DNA from: Mobula hypostoma
Taxonomy: Eukaryota
DNA: 64,000 nucleotides
Direction: 5' to 3'
NCBI RefSeq assembly: GCF_963921235.1
Contig: NC_086098.1
Location: forward strand, 155,558,001-155,622,000
The notes under the pieces are model-generated. The model had not been told where the DNA came from, ran no database searches, and saw only the letters and a list, made by a program, of their open reading frames with translations. Of the stretch, positions 23,945-38,100 are shown piece by piece (within the stretch, counting starts at the first letter, position 1; each line of letters starts with the position of its first letter). The translations under genes and the position numbers were made by a program.

Positions 23945-25480
23945 CAACCAACACACATAAAAGTTGCTGGTGAACGCAACAGGCCAGGCAGCATCTCTAG
24001 GAAGAGGTGCAGTCGACGTTTCAGGCCGAGACCCTTCGTCAGGACTAACTGAAGAAAGAGTGAGTAAGGGATTTGAAAGTTGGAGGGGGAGGGGGAGATC
24101 CAAAATAATAGGAGAAGACAGGAGGGAGAGGGATGGAGCCAAGAGCTGGACAGGTGATAGGCAAAAGGGATACGCGAGGATCATGGGACGGGAGGTCCGG
24201 GAAGAAAGACGGGGGGGGGGGGACCCAGAGGATGGGCAAGGGGTATATTCAGAGGGACAGAGGGAGAAAAAGGAGAGTGAGAGAAAGAATGTGTGTATAA
24301 AAATAAGTAACAGATGGGGTACGAGGGGGAGGTGGGGCATTAGCAGAAGTTAGAGAAGTTGATGTTCATGCCATCAGGTTGGAGGCTACCTGGACGGAAT
24401 ATAAGATGTTGTTCCTCCAACCTGAGTGTGGCTTCATCTTCACAGTAGAGGAGGCCGTGGATAGACATGTCAGAATGGGAATGGGATGTGGAATTAAAAT
24501 GTGTGGCCACTGGGAGATCCTGCTTTCTCTGGCGGACATAGCGTAGGTGTTCAGCAAAGCAGTCTCCCGGTCTGCGTCGGGTCTCCCCAATATATAAAAG
24601 GCCACATCGGGAGCACCGGACGCAGTATATCACCCCAGCCTACTCACAGGTGAAGTGTTGCCTCACCTGGAAGGACTGGCTGGGGCCCTGAAAGGTGGTA
24701 AGGGAGAAAGTGTAAGGGCATGTGTAGCACTTGTTCCGTTTACATGGATAAGTGCCAGGAGGGAGATCAGTGGGGAGGAGTGGGGTGGACGAACGGACAA
24801 GGGAGTCGCGTAAGGAGCGATCCCTGTGGAATGCAGAGAGAGGGGTGGAGGAAAAGATGTGCTTAGTGGTGGGATCCTGTTGGAGGTGGTGGAAGTTACG
24901 GAGAATAATATGTTGGACCCGGAGGCTGGTGGGGTGGTAGGTGAGGACCGGGGGAACCCTATTCCTAGTGGGGAGGCGGGAGGATGGAGTGAGAGCAGAT
25001 GTACGTGAAATGTAAGCAAACTTCTCTAACTTCCGCTAATGCCCCACCTCCCCCTCGTACCCCATCTGTTACTTATTTTTATACACACATTCTTTCTCTC
25101 ACTCTCCTTTTTCTCCCTCTGTCCCTCTGAATATACCCCTTCCCCATCCTCTGGGACCCCCCCCCGCCTTCCTTGTCTTTCTTCCCGGTCCTCCCGTCCC
25201 ATAATCCTCTCGTATCCCTTTTGCCTATCACCTGTCCAGCTCTTGGTTCCATCCCTCCCCCTCCTGTCTTCTCCTATCATTTTTGATCTCCCCCTCCCCC
25301 TCCCACTTTCAAATCCCTTACTCACTCTTCCTTCAGTTAGTCCTGACGAAGGGTCTCGGCCTGAAACGTCGACTGCACCTCCTCCTAGAGATGCTGCCTG
25401 GCCTGATGCGTTCACCAGCAACTTTGATGTGTGTTGCTTGAATTTCCAGCATCTGCAGAATTCCTGTTGTTTGTGTTTTT
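23945..25480 (-). mobile_element. Penelope-like element with inverted terminal (pseudo-LTR) copy
   Basis: Minus ORF IYCVRCSRCGLLYIGETRRR (GIY-YIG endonuclease). About 25021-25480 is an inverted copy of the 3' terminal region. 13-bp TSD AAAAATGTTGATT. Confidence 0.85.
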
Positions 25481-25859
25481 AAAAATGTTGATTATTCTAA
25501 TTGGCTATTGGAATCTCAAAACAGACTAAAGCTTTTGTTAATAAAGTCACAGTCAGTAAAAATATTCAGAAGCAAGCAATTACCCAGAAAAGAATATGTC
25601 ACACAGTTGGTGAGAACCTAAAAATGCCAACATGTACAATTATCATTTTTAATTTTTTAAATTAAAATTAGCTCAAACCCAAACAGGCTGAAAGCAGAAC
25701 AGACTGCTCTTACAGAACTGCTAAAATGAAATACCTACAGCATAGCAATAAAAATCTTAACCAGGACGTTACGCTTGTAAAATAGAAAATTCTGATGCTG
25801 CCACAACGCACTTCTTCAACATTGCAAATAATTTTGCACGTTGTAAATAGCATTAATCA

Positions 25860-26760
25860 AAATTGAAATTACAACCTTTATATAAATTAATCCAGTTTAC
25901 CTACCACCTCACGAGCCTCCGGATCCAGCACATTATCCTCCACAACTTCTGCCACCTTCAACCGGACCACAACACAAAGCACATCCTTCCCTCTCCACCC
26001 CTCTCAGCTTTCTGCAGGGATCGGTCTCTCTGTGACTCCCTTATCTGCACGTCCATCCCCACTAATCTCCAACCCGGCACTTATCCCTGTAAGCGTAAGT
26101 GCTACACCTGTCCCTACACCTCCTCTCTTGCAACCATTCAGGGCCCCAAATAGTCCTTCCAGGTGAGACAACACTTCACTTGTGAGTCTGTTGGGGTCAC
26201 CTATTGCATCCGGTGCGGACTCCTCTACATCGGTGAAACCGGACGCAGACTGGGGGACCGCTTCGTCGAGCACCTCCACTCCGTCCGACACAAGAGACAG
26301 GATCTCCCGGTAGCGACGCACTTCAACTGTACTTCCCATTCCCATTCAGATATGTCCATACATGGCCTCCTCTACTGCCATGATGAGGCTAAACTCAGGT
26401 TGGAGGAGCAACACCTCATACACCGTCTAAGTAGTCTCCAGCCCCTTGGTATGAACATAGAATTCTCCAGCTTCCGGTAATTCCCTCCCCTCCCTTCCTC
26501 TATCTCTATTTCAATCTACCCCCTCCCCCAGCTCCTTCATGGTTCCGCCTCCTTCTTCTACTACCCATTGTTTTCAGGGCTATGACGTCAATGTTTCCCC
26601 TCCCCAACCGCTTTGTCTTTCAAATTACTGGTCTTTCAACTGAAGCTACAAGCATTCTTCAAATCCTTCCCCATCTTTCATTCTTCAGTCCTGATGAAGG
26701 GTTCCGTCCCGAAACGTCGACTCATCGTTTCTAACTGATGCTGCCCGACCTGCTGAGTTC
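25860..26760 (+). mobile_element. Penelope-like element 3' fragment (second subfamily)
   Basis: ORF 26163-26480 YCIRCGLLYIGETGRRLGDRFVEH (GIY-YIG). Confidence 0.8.
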
Positions 26761-27110
26761 ATCCAGCGTACTGAAAGTGTTGCTATAAGTTAATTCTACC
26801 GAGCCTACCTTCAGAAAAATTAACTCACATTTTGCCTTCAGCCAGCTGATTAACAGAATTTTTCCGAATGAGTTTATTAACAATTATGAAAGGGAAAGAA
26901 AGAGATTAATTTCAGGAACTGTAAGCTATTTACAAAGGTTCCTCCAGGGCAAACAAGTTGAGAAAGGCTGCTCTAGATAGTTCAGGTATTTTCTGTGTAA
27001 CCTGTTCACATAGAATTAGCCCCTCCGCCCAGATGCAAAACGGACAATTCTTTTCATGTCAACGTATTCGCATCTATCCTTTGAAAAGGATTTACTGCCT
27101 GTTCCAATTG

Positions 27111-27375
27111 AGCGCCTTGGTAGTATAGCAGTTAGCGTGACGCTCTTACAGCTCTCGGTAGCGGAGTTCGGAGTTCAATCTCGACGTCCTCTGTAAAGAA
27201 TTTGTACGTTCTTCCCCGTGATCGCGCGGGTTTCCACCGGGTGCTATGGTTTCCTCACACATTCCAAAAATCCATATTATAATTTTTCCTGAGGTTGGGC
27301 TAAGATTAATAGGTGGGTTGCTCGGCTGCGCAGCTGATTGGGTCGGAAGGGCCACGTAAATAAATAAAAAATAAA
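27111..27375 (+). mobile_element. tRNA-derived SINE, HE1/V-SINE-like
   Basis: A-box-like tggtagtatagcagttag, gggtttccaccgggtgc core, A-rich tail. Confidence 0.6.
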
Positions 27376-27423
27376 TGAAAATTTCAGGTACCGTGCTGTT
27401 AAGATGGGACGTGAGTATACTAT

Positions 27424-28008
27424 TAGAAACATAGAAACATAGAAAATAGGTGCAGGAGTAGGCCATTCGGCCCTTCGAGCCTGCACCGCCATTTATTATG
27501 ATCATGGCTGATCATCCAACTCAGAACCCAGCCTTCCCTCCATACCCCCTGACCCCTGTAGCCACAAGGGCCATATCTAACTTCCTTTTAAACATAGCTA
27601 ATGAACTGGCCTCAACAGTTTGCTGTGGCAGAGAATTCCACAGATTCACCACTCTCTGTGTGAAGAAGTTTTTCCTAATCTCGGTCCTAAAAGGCTTCCC
27701 CTCTATCCTCAAACTGTGACCCCTCGTTCTGGACCTCCCCAACATCGGGAACAATCTTCCCGCATCTAGCCTGTCCAATCCCTTTAGGATCTTATACGTT
27801 TCAATCAGATCCCCCCTCAATCTTCTAAATTCCAACGAGTACAAGCCCAGTTCATCCAGTCTTTCTTCATATGAAAGACCTGCCATCCCAGGAATCAATC
27901 TGGTGAACCTTCTTTGTACTCCCTCTATGGCAAAGATGTCTTTCCTCAGATTAGGGGACCAAAACTGCACACAATACTCCAGGTGTGGTCTCACCAAGGC
28001 CTTGTACA
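27424..28008 (-). mobile_element. Young 5'-truncated CR1 3' end
   Basis: ORF 27521-28009 (LVRPHLEYCVQFWSP) and (ctatgtttc)n tail. Very similar to 35193-35900. Confidence 0.9.
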
Positions 28009-29595
28009 AACAACATAGGAGACTGTTGGGCTTCTAGCTTTCTGACTGGCTTTGTGGCTGTCCCTGAACTTCAGTATTGAGTGCTATTTACGTACTTTTA
28101 TTGTTTGTACGACTTCTTTTTTACCCCTGCACATTGGGTGTTTGATGGTCTTCCTTTTTAACAGGTCTATTGCGTTTCTTTGTTTTGTGGCTGCTTGTCA
28201 GAAGATAGATATCAATGTTGTAATCACTGATCATAAATGTACTTTGACCTTTGAAAGAAGGGTACGGCTTGTCAACACTAATCCCGACAGTCTTTAGTGC
28301 CCTAGAGTTCAGTGTGTAAATCCGGCCGGTTGGATCTACCAAAGGTCAACACCCTGCACTTGTCAGCATTAAATTCCATCTGTTATTTTTCAGCCCATTT
28401 TTCGAACTGGGACAGATCGCGCTTGAAGCTCTGATAGTCTTCCTCGCTGTTCACTACACCCCCAGCCTTGGTGTCAACCGCACATTTGCTGATCTAGATA
28501 ACCACATTACCAGCCAGATCAATGATATCGATGACAAAGAACAACGGACCCAGCACCAATCGCAGCGACACTCCACTAGTCACAGGCCTTCAGGAAGAGA
28601 GCTAGCCATCTACTGTCACTCTCTGGTTTCTCCCTCAAAGCTAATGCCTAGTCTATTTGATTACCTCAACTTTAATGCTGAGCAACTTGACCTTCTCGAC
28701 CAGCCTCCCATGCGGGACATTTTCAAATGTATTGCTAAAGTCCATGTAGACAACATCCACTGCCTTGCCTTCATGCACTTTCCTGGTAACTTCCTCGAAA
28801 AACTTGGTTCGACTCGACTTAACATGAACAAAGCCATGCTGACCATCCTTAATCAATCCCTCTGTATCCAAATACTCATATATCCGGTCCCTTAGAATAC
28901 CTTCCAACAACTTTTCCAAGACTGATGTCAGGCTGACCCGCCTTTAATTACCTCGTTTATGTTTAGAGCCTTTCTTAAACAGTGGGATAACACTGGCAAT
29001 CCTGTAATACTCCCGTACTTCTCCTGTCGCTAAGGATCATTCTGTTACGGCTCCTGCAATTTCTGTAATTGCCTCCCACAGAGTTGAACGGAACACCTTG
29101 TTAGTCCTGGCGATTTATCCACCGTAATTTGCCTCGAGATAACAAACACCTCTTCTTCTGATGTCTGCATAGAGTCCACGACTTAGCTTCCGCTTTGCCT
29201 CATTTCTATAGATTCTGTGTCCGTTTCTCGAGTGAATAGAGTCGCAACAAAAAAAAAAAAGATTTAAGATCTCCCCATCTCCTCTGGCTCCACGCACAGA
29301 TTACCATTCTGTTCTTCCAGAGCACAAGTTTTGACCCTTGCAATACTTTTGATCGTAGTATATCTGTAGAATTCCTTAAGATTCTATTCACTTTGCAAAC
29401 TTCAGACCTTCTTTTTGCCCTCCTGATTTCTTTCTGAAGTGGTTTCTTGCAGTTCATACACTCCAGAAGTACCTCATTTGTCCCTTGCTGCCAACACCCT
29501 CGATGTTCCTCCTTTTTCTCCTTAGAAAGGGCCTCAATATCTCTTGAAACCCCAAGGTTCTCTGCACATATTATCTTTAACTTTTGTTTTGACAG

Positions 29596-32500
29596 TGTGA
29601 CAAGAATAGACATAGATTAAGATGTAGCTAGCCTGGGCTGGCACCAGTGGAATCAGCAGTTATTCTGCCACCTGTCTTCAGGAGAGAGAGGGATAAGGAA
29701 AACAATGGAGCAGCATTTGTGGATGTTAATGAAGGAAGGAGAGCTGTCAAGATCGGCTCTCCCTTTGAACCCTGAACTGTTTGAAGTGATGGACAGGCGA
29801 TACCCCAGCAGGGGGATAAAAAGGGACATGTTCGCTAAGGCAGGACACACACACGACACCCGAGGTAACAAGACCCTGGAAGCGGTGCGTCTCTCACAAG
29901 TCGGTGGGAAGTATCGGGCCATAGACGCACAGGGTGGAAAGGCAAGATCGGCGGGAACCTGGTGTGTGTCCACCCTTGCCTGGGTGCCAGGTTCACCGCA
30001 GAGAAATGATCGTATCTGGAAACGGAGGGATCACGGTCGGTGACCTCAGATGACATCACAAAGGACTCGCCCGAAAGTTGACTGCGAAGGTCTGTGTGGA
30101 AGCCTTGAATATTCATTCGTTTTTGCTCTCTCTCTCCTTCCCCCACACTGTCCATCTCCCACGGCAGCGATTACTGCGAACTGAACTGAACTAAATTGAA
30201 CTGAACTTTGCGTCACTTCGAAACTGGTCATTTGCCCCTAGACAACGATAGAGCTTGATTGATCCTGTTATCTGAATTCTGTGTACATGTATGTTTATCA
30301 TTGCTGAACTGTTGCATTCATTATCCTTTTGATTAGAGTACTGTGTTGCTTGTTTCTTTAATAAAACTTTCTTAGTTCTAGTAATCCAGACTCCAACTGA
30401 GTGATCCATTTCTGCTGGTTTGGCAACCCAGTTACGGGGTACGTCACATAAGTGGGGTTCTCGTCCGCGATTTTGAACGCTAAATTTGGGACGGAGTAAA
30501 TTGATTGGGTCAACATTCCCGAAAGAAAGAAAAGACAAACAGCAGAATTGGAGGCTGAGGAAATTATAAAGGCGCCGACCTTGGAGGCATTAGAGGATGC
30601 CAGGAAAACGGAATTGGTAGCTGTGGCCAAACGGTTGAATCTTGCTAAGGGGAAGTCGACAATGAGGAGAGAAGGAGATACACAGAGCTATCGTAGAGCA
30701 CTATGTATCTAAAGGTGTGTTTCCCCAAGGCGAGCTGGAGGTGGTGTCTATTGAAAAACCTGCTGGAGACGCGGTACAGGTGCATCTTGAAAAACTGAGA
30801 GTCGAGCACGAGTTCCGGGCTCGGCAGTTAGAACACGAAGAGAAGCAGTTAGAAAGGCGGGAGAAAGAGAAACAGAAAGGCAGAAGAGAGCGTTAGAAAG
30901 GCAGGAGAGAGAGAGAGACACAGCTGGAGCGAGAGGAGAAACAGAGGGAAAGGGAATTCCAGCTGGAGAAGTTAAAGATAAGGGCAGAGCAAGGGCCCGT
31001 GCCGAACCAAGGTGGAGGGTTCCGGGCGACCCAGGAGGTTAGGCTGGTCCCCCATTTGACGATACCGACGTGGATCGGTACTTTCTCCACTTCGAAAAAG
31101 TTGCTACAAGTCAGGACTGACCGAGGGATAAGTGGGTTGCTTTGCTTCAGAGTGTACTGAAAGGGAAAGCCCAAGAAGCTTACTCAGCTTTGTCCGCGGA
31201 AGATGCCCAGAGGTATGAGGTGGTGAAAGAGGCTATCCTCAGGATTTATGACTTGGTCCCGGAGGCATACCGGCAGAGGTTCCGGAATGCGAGGAAGCAG
31301 TGGGACCGCTCGTATTTAGAGTGTGCCCGTGAGATGCAGACATATTGTGAGCGTTGGCGCGCGTCAAAGGGGGTAGAGGGGGATTATGACAGACTGCTAC
31401 AGCTGATCCTGATTGAGCAGTTTAAAGGTTGTGTCCCTGAGGGTATGAGACCCTACCTAGATGAGAAAGAGGCAGCCACGTTAGCCGCAACTGCTAAGTT
31501 AGCGGATGGGTATGCGTTGACGCATAAAATGAAGTTTGCCCCGAGTAAAGGCTACCAGAAGGGTAGTCAGGACGGCGGGGAGAGTCCGCCGGAAAACTCA
31601 GAAAGTAAGCCGGGCCTAGTGAGAAGGATAAGGTAGACCGGGAGCAGTCTGGTAGGAAGTCTCCTGGGGTCGTCTGTTATAATTGCGGGAAAGTCGGATA
31701 CTTTGCGCCCAGGTGCTTTGCCCCAAAGAAGGAGACGGGAAAAGGAAAAACGGCGATTTTAACTGGCTGTATCGAGCTGGTAAACGAGCCGCTAGGGAAG
31801 GACAGCTCTGCGAAAGTTCAGGAAGGGCGTGAGAGGTTTATCTCGGCCGTATTTGTGTCGGTGAAGGAGGGGTTAAAACTAGTTCCAGTGCGGATCTGGA
31901 GAGACACAGGAGCGTGTCAGTCACTAATACTGAAGAGTGTATTAGAGTTTAGCTCAGAGACCCAGACTGGGGAGGTCAAGGTCAAAGGTATTGGAGAAGG
32001 GACAGAGACAGTCCCTTTGCACCAGGTACACTTACAAAGCAACCTGGTCTCTGGACTAGTCACGATCGGGGTGAGGTCCGAATTACCGATGAAAGGCATG
32101 GAAGTCTTGCTCGGTAATGACCTCGCCGGGGGAATCGTGTTCGAAGCAGTGAGATTGACAGGTCAGCCTGCCAGCATTGAGGCCCCGCCATGGACTCACA
32201 GGTTCATCACGGGACCGCGGTAGTAAATTTAGCTGAGACGTTTCTGCCAGCCTTGTATGAGAAGGGGGTAGAAAGTGAAAAGAAGGAGTGTTGTGAAACA
32301 AGAGGTAGTGAGGGAGCTGAGACAGACTTAGCATTAGCCAGGAAGGAATTTGTGCAGGCACAGGAGCGAGACAAGGGGCTGATGGCTTTGGTGGAGGAGG
32401 AAGTGCTAAGGAAGGAAGGGAGACCAAGTACCGTGCCCGCAGATCAGGAATGGGGGGTAGTGCAAAAGAGTTATGGGGATGAGGTTTTTAACCTGGCCCA

Positions 32501-34424
32501 CAAGGTACCCCTCGGTGGACATTTTGCGGTGCTGGAAGAAGCAGTTGATGGAATCATGAAAGAGGTTTACTGGCTGCCCAGGAGGAAGGATGTTATTAAT
32601 TATGACCGACGCGAACTGAGATGGTCACAGGCTTTTGATATGCTAACAAACCTAGTCGGTTTTAGCGCGGAAATCAATGAAGCTAGGGTCCCCCTGATAA
32701 GAGAAAAAAACCATTTTGAAAAGATGAGTATGGTATCGACCAGATGGGAGAAGGCTATTCTTTTGGCCAGCTCTGCTGATAAGGTCTCTCTCCTAATCTC
32801 CGAACAAAGCGACTCTTTAGGAGAAGTAATTAAACGACTCGCACACGTGTGTTTGATTGTCCCGAGGCGATGCAAAGAAGTGGGACGTTGGGTGGTGCTT
32901 GTTACACTAAGGTGGCCTAGCGAGCAACATCCATCTAGAATGAGAAATTCAGTGACTAAAGGGCTGACGAACACAGAGGTGTGTATTGGCGATGTCATAC
33001 GGCTGTCTGAAGCCAGCTTGATAGCGAACCTTGAAAAAAAATGAGCTCGGCCACACGAAGGTCACTTACCTGGGAATTGTGGTGACACAGGGGCAGCTGG
33101 CAGCGATGCCAGCCACAGTGCGGGTTATCGCTGACCTCCCAACCCCGACAGACAAGAGGGCCCTCAGGAGGCTCTTGGAGATGGTGGGGTACTGTAGGAA
33201 GTTTTGCAATAACTCTGCGGTCACTACCCCTCCCCCTCCTACTAAGCCCTTGCGAGAGAAAACTAAGTCGGAATGGGACGACCCTTGTTATTGTGGTCTG
33301 GGACGAAACCCAATGAGAGGTTACATTGATCGCAATTCATCAGTGTTTTTGGCCACTATGAAGTTTGCTAAGTTGGAGTCTGGTCTAAGGGATTATTAAT
33401 AACACATATAAAAGGAACAGGAAATGTGATGGCTGACTGTCTGTCAGGTGTTCACAACTTCAAATTCACTGTATTAGCCAAATAGCTGATAACGATGTGT
33501 ATTTGTGTGTATCAAATAATGTATTCATGTTTGTAATTTTTACCCCCGGTAAAAATCCTTAAAGGGGGGAAGTGTGACAAGAATACACATAGATTAAGAC
33601 GTAGCTGGCCTGGGCTGGCACCAGTGGAATCAGCAGTTGGTCTGCCACCTGTCTTCAGGAGAGAGAGAGTTAAGGAAAACAATGGCGCAGCATTTGTGGA
33701 TGTTAATGAAGGAAGGAGAGCTGTCAAGATCGGCTCCCCCTTTGAACCCTGAACTGTTTGAAGTGATGGACAGGCGATACTCCAGCAGGGGGATAAAAAG
33801 GGACAGGTTCGCTAAGGCAGGACACACACACGACACCCGAGGTAACAAGACCCTGGAAGCGGTGCCACTCTCACAAGTCGGTGGGAAGTATCGGGCCATA
33901 AACGCACAGGGTGGAAAGGCAAGATCGGCGGGAACCTGGTGTGTGTCTACCCTTGCCTGGGTGCCAGGTTCACCGCAGAGAAACCATCGTATCTGGAAAC
34001 GGAGGGGTCACGGTCGGTGACCTCAGATGACATCACAAAGGACTCGCCCAAAAGCTGATTGCGAAAGTCCGTGTGGAAGCCTTGAATATTCATTCGTTTT
34101 GCTCTCTCTCTCCTTCCCCCACACTGTCCATCTGCCACGGCAGCGATTACTGCGAACTGAACTGAACTAAATTGAACTGAACTTTGCGTCACCTTGAAAC
34201 TGGGCATTTACCCCAAGACAACGATAGAGCTTGATTGATCCTGTTAACTTAATTCTGTGTACATGTATGTTTATCATTGCTGAACTGTTGCATTCATTAT
34301 CCTTTTGATTAGAATACTGTGTTGCTTGTTTCTTTAATAAAACTTCCTTAGTTCTAGTAATCCAGAATCCAACTGAGTGATCCATTTCTGCTGGTTTGGC
34401 AACCCAGTTACGGGTTACGTAACA
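29596..34424 (+). mobile_element. Internally deleted Gmr1-like Gypsy LTR retrotransposon with both LTRs (29596-30448, 33573-34424)
   Basis: 4-bp TSD ACAG. PBS-Pro-like 30453-30471, PPT 33561-33572. SCAN-like gag (LKGKAQEAYS...PEAYRQRFRN), degenerate zinc knuckle CYNCGKVGYFAPRC, protease RDTGA, integrase HH-motif remnant, then RT and RNase H remnants. Confidence 0.9.
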
Positions 34425-35192
34425 ACAGGCACATGTAGGGCTTTTACACTCTAATTTTCACTTTTGAAGGCATCCTACTAACCAAGTACATCATCATCAG
34501 ATCATCATCAGCATCATCACCTGTCCCAATCCACACTTGCCAGATCCTTTCTGATTCCATCAAAATTGGCCTTTTCCAATTTAGATATACATACCTAACA
34601 AACTGTAATGATGTGAACAAGCGTAAGTAAAAAGAACCCGATGGGTGGACTGCATGTCACTTTGCGTTCAATCGTTGATTGCCATGAGTTATTCCCCTTT
34701 AAGAGTGCATCAATAGTCTATGTTATTTTAACGAGGGGAATAGACTGGCGTGAATAATATTTGTATGCAAAAGGTTCCGTGGTTTGGAGGATCATCAAAT
34801 TGAGAAGGAGTTTACAACTTTATCTATAACAATTATTTATCTAGTATTTTAAAATGTCTTTTTTCCCCAACACCATCTCCTGCAAAATATTCCACAATGA
34901 AGTTCTGCAGTGTTGTTCTTTATTGCTGCCTTTTTCGCCTATTACTTATGTCAGTGTCTTATGGGTACAATTAATTTGCCATAAATATATACATCTATAA
35001 TAAAAGAAAATTCAAAATGTTTAATGTCTTCGTCAAGCTTACTCTCAAAGTCCCTCTCTCAGCTAATCGATCATTTTTTATGTAGTCTCTCAGCTAACGT
35101 AAGTATTTATGTCATGACAATATTCTGATTCAAAATATATGCTGTGTGGTTGGCAAACTATTTAAAGTAATAAACACAATCATAATCAATAT

Positions 35193-38100
35193 AGAAACAT
35201 GGAAACATAGAAAATAGGTGCAGGAGTAGGCCATTCGGCCCTTCGAGCCTCCACCGCCATTTATTATGATCATGGCTGATCATCCAACTCAGAACCCTGC
35301 ACCAGCCTTCCCTCCATACCCTCTGATCCCCGTAGCCACAAGGGCCATATCTAACTCCCTCTTAAACATAGCCAATGAACTGGCCTCAACTGTTTCCCGT
35401 GGCAGAGAATTCCACAGATTCACCACTCTTTGTGTGAAGAAGTTTTTCCTAATCTCAGTCCTAACAGGCTTCCCCTTTATCCTCAAACTGTCACCCATCG
35501 TTCTGGACTTCCCCAACATCGGGAACAATCTTCCTGCATCTAGTCTGTCCAATCCCTTTAGGATTTTATACGTTTCAATCAGATTCCCCCTCAATCTTCT
35601 AAATTCCAACGAGTACAAGCCTAGTTCATCCAGTCTTTCTTCGTATGAAAGTCCTGCCATCCCAGGAATCAATCTGGTGAACTTTCTTTGTACTCCCTCT
35701 ATGGCAAGGATGTCTTTCCTCAGATTAGGGGACCAAAACTGCACACAATACTCCAGGTGTGGTCTCACCAAGGCCTTGTACAACTGCAGTAGTACCTCCC
35801 TGCTCCTGTACTCGAATCCTCTCGCTATAAATGCCAGCATACCATTCGCCTTTTTCACCGCCTGCTGTACCTGCATGCCCACTTTCACTGACTGGTGTAT
35901 AATGTGTTACGAGAATACACATAAAATTAAGATGTTTGCTGGCCTGGGCTAGCATCAGTGGCATCAGCAGTTGGTCTGCCACCTGCCCTCAGGGGAAGGA
36001 GAGATAAGGAACAATGGAGCAGCGTCTGGAGATGTGTAATGAAGGGACGTGGGAGAGAGAGAGCTGTCTGGAGCGGCACCCCCTTTGAACCCTGAACTGT
36101 TTGAAGTGATGGACAGGCGATACCCCAGCAGGGGGATAAAAAGGGACAGGTTCGCTAAGACAGACACACGCCACCCGAGGTAACGAGACCCTGGAAGCGG
36201 TGCGCCTCTCACGAGTGGGTGAGAAGTATCAGACAACGACCAGGGTGGAAAGGTACGATCAGCGGGAACCCGGTGTGTGTCCGCCCTTGCCTGGGTGCCG
36301 GGTTCACTGCAGAGGATCGACCGCATCTGGAGGAGGGGTCACAGTCGGTGACCTCAGGTGACATCACCAAGGACCCGCCCAAAAGCTGCTTGTGAGCCAT
36401 CTCGCAGGTCTGTGAGTGAAGCAGTGTTCTGAATGATCAGTTGTTCCTGTTCTCTCTGTCTCTCTTCCCCCACGTTGTCCATCGCCATGGCAACGATTAC
36501 TGCGAACTGAACTGGACTGAACTTTGAGTCATTTTGAAATTTGGTCATTTACCCCTAGACAACGATAGAGCTTGATTGATGCTGTTATCTTAATTCTGTG
36601 CACATGTGTGTTTATCATCGCTGAACTGTTGCATTTATTATCCTTTCGATTACTGTGTTGCTTGTTTCTTTAATAAAACTTTCTTAGTTCTAGTACTCCA
36701 GACTCCAACTGAGTGATCCATTTCTGCTGGTTTGGCAACCCAGTTACGGGGTACGTAACAAATGACACCCAGGTTTCGTTGCACCTCCCCTTTTCCTAAT
36801 CGGCCACCATTCAGATAATAATCTGCTTTCCTATTTTTGCCACCAAAGTGAATATCTTCACATTTATCCACATTAAATTGCATCTGCCATGAATTTGCCC
36901 ACTCACCCAACCTATCCAAGTCACCCTGCATCCTCTTAGCATCCTCCTCACAGCTAACACTACCGTCCAACTTCGTGTCATCCGCAAACTTTGAGATGCT
37001 GCATTTAATTTCCTCATCCAAGTCATTAATATATATTGTAAACAACTGGGGTCCCAGCACTGAGCCTTGCGGTATCCCACTAGTCACTGCCTGCCATTCT
37101 GAAAAGGTCCCGTTTATTCCCACTCTTTGCTTCCTGTCTACTAACCACTTCTCTATCCACATCAATACCTTACCCCCAATGCCGTGTGCTTTAAGTTTGC
37201 ACACTAATCTCCTATGTGGGACCTTGTCAAAAGCCTTTTGAAAATCCAAATATACCACATCCACTGGTTCTCCCCTATCCACTCTACTGGTTACATCCTC
37301 AAAAAATTCTATGAGATTCGCCAGACATGATTTTCCTTTCACAAATCCATGCTGACTTTGTCCGATGATTTCACCGCTTTCCAAATGTGCTGTTATCATA
37401 TCTTTGATAACTGACTCCAGTAGTTTCCCCATCACCGACGTTAGGCTAACCGGTCTATAATTCCCCGGTTTCTCTCTCACTCATTTTTTAAAAAGTGGGG
37501 TTACATTAGCCACCCTCCAATCCTCAGGAACTAGTCCGGAATCTAACGGGTTTTGAAAAATTATCACTAATGCATCCACTATTTATTGGGCTACTTCCTT
37601 AAGCACTCTGGGATGCAGACCATCTGGCCCTGGGGATTTATCTGCCTTTAATCCCTTCAATTTACCTAACACCACTTCCCTACTAACATGTATTTCGCTC
37701 AGTTCCTCCATCTCTCTGGACCCTCTATCCCCTACTATTTCTGGAAGATTATTTATGTCCTCCTTAGTGAAGACAGAACCAAAGTAATTATTCAATTGGT
37801 CTGCCATGTCCTTGCTCCCCATAATCAATTCACCTGTTTCTGTCTGCAGGGGACCTACATTTGTCTTTTCCAGTCTTTTCCTTTTTACATATCTATAAAA
37901 GCTTTTACAGTCAGTTTTTACGTTCCCTGCCAGTTTTCTCTCATAATCTTTTTCCCCTTCCTAATTAAGCCCTTTGTCCTCCTCTGCTGAACTCTGAATT
38001 TCTCCCAGTCCTCAGGTGAGCCACTTTTTCTGGCTAATTTGTATGCTTCTTCTTTGGAATTGATACTATCCCTAATTTCTCTTGTCAGCCACGGGTGCAC

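Larger units (their letters stand above)
22982..26970 (+). mobile_element. hAT (Buster/ZBED5-like) transposon remnant, predates the duplication
   Basis: Left end CAGGATTTCTTAACC, right end GTTGAGAAAGGCTG, TSD CTTTAGAG/CTCTAGAT. BED-finger remnant PLCLLCGK...MAPAKLKRHLTT. Interrupted by Penelope copies. Confidence 0.7.
1292..28000 (+). repeat. Segmental duplication unit A (IgL cluster 1 plus flanks)
   Basis: Colinear matches to unit B once insertions are removed: 1292~28218, 2850~34520, 3525~38206, 11083~44811, 20444~49885, 22982~54068. Right boundary approximate. Confidence 0.85.
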
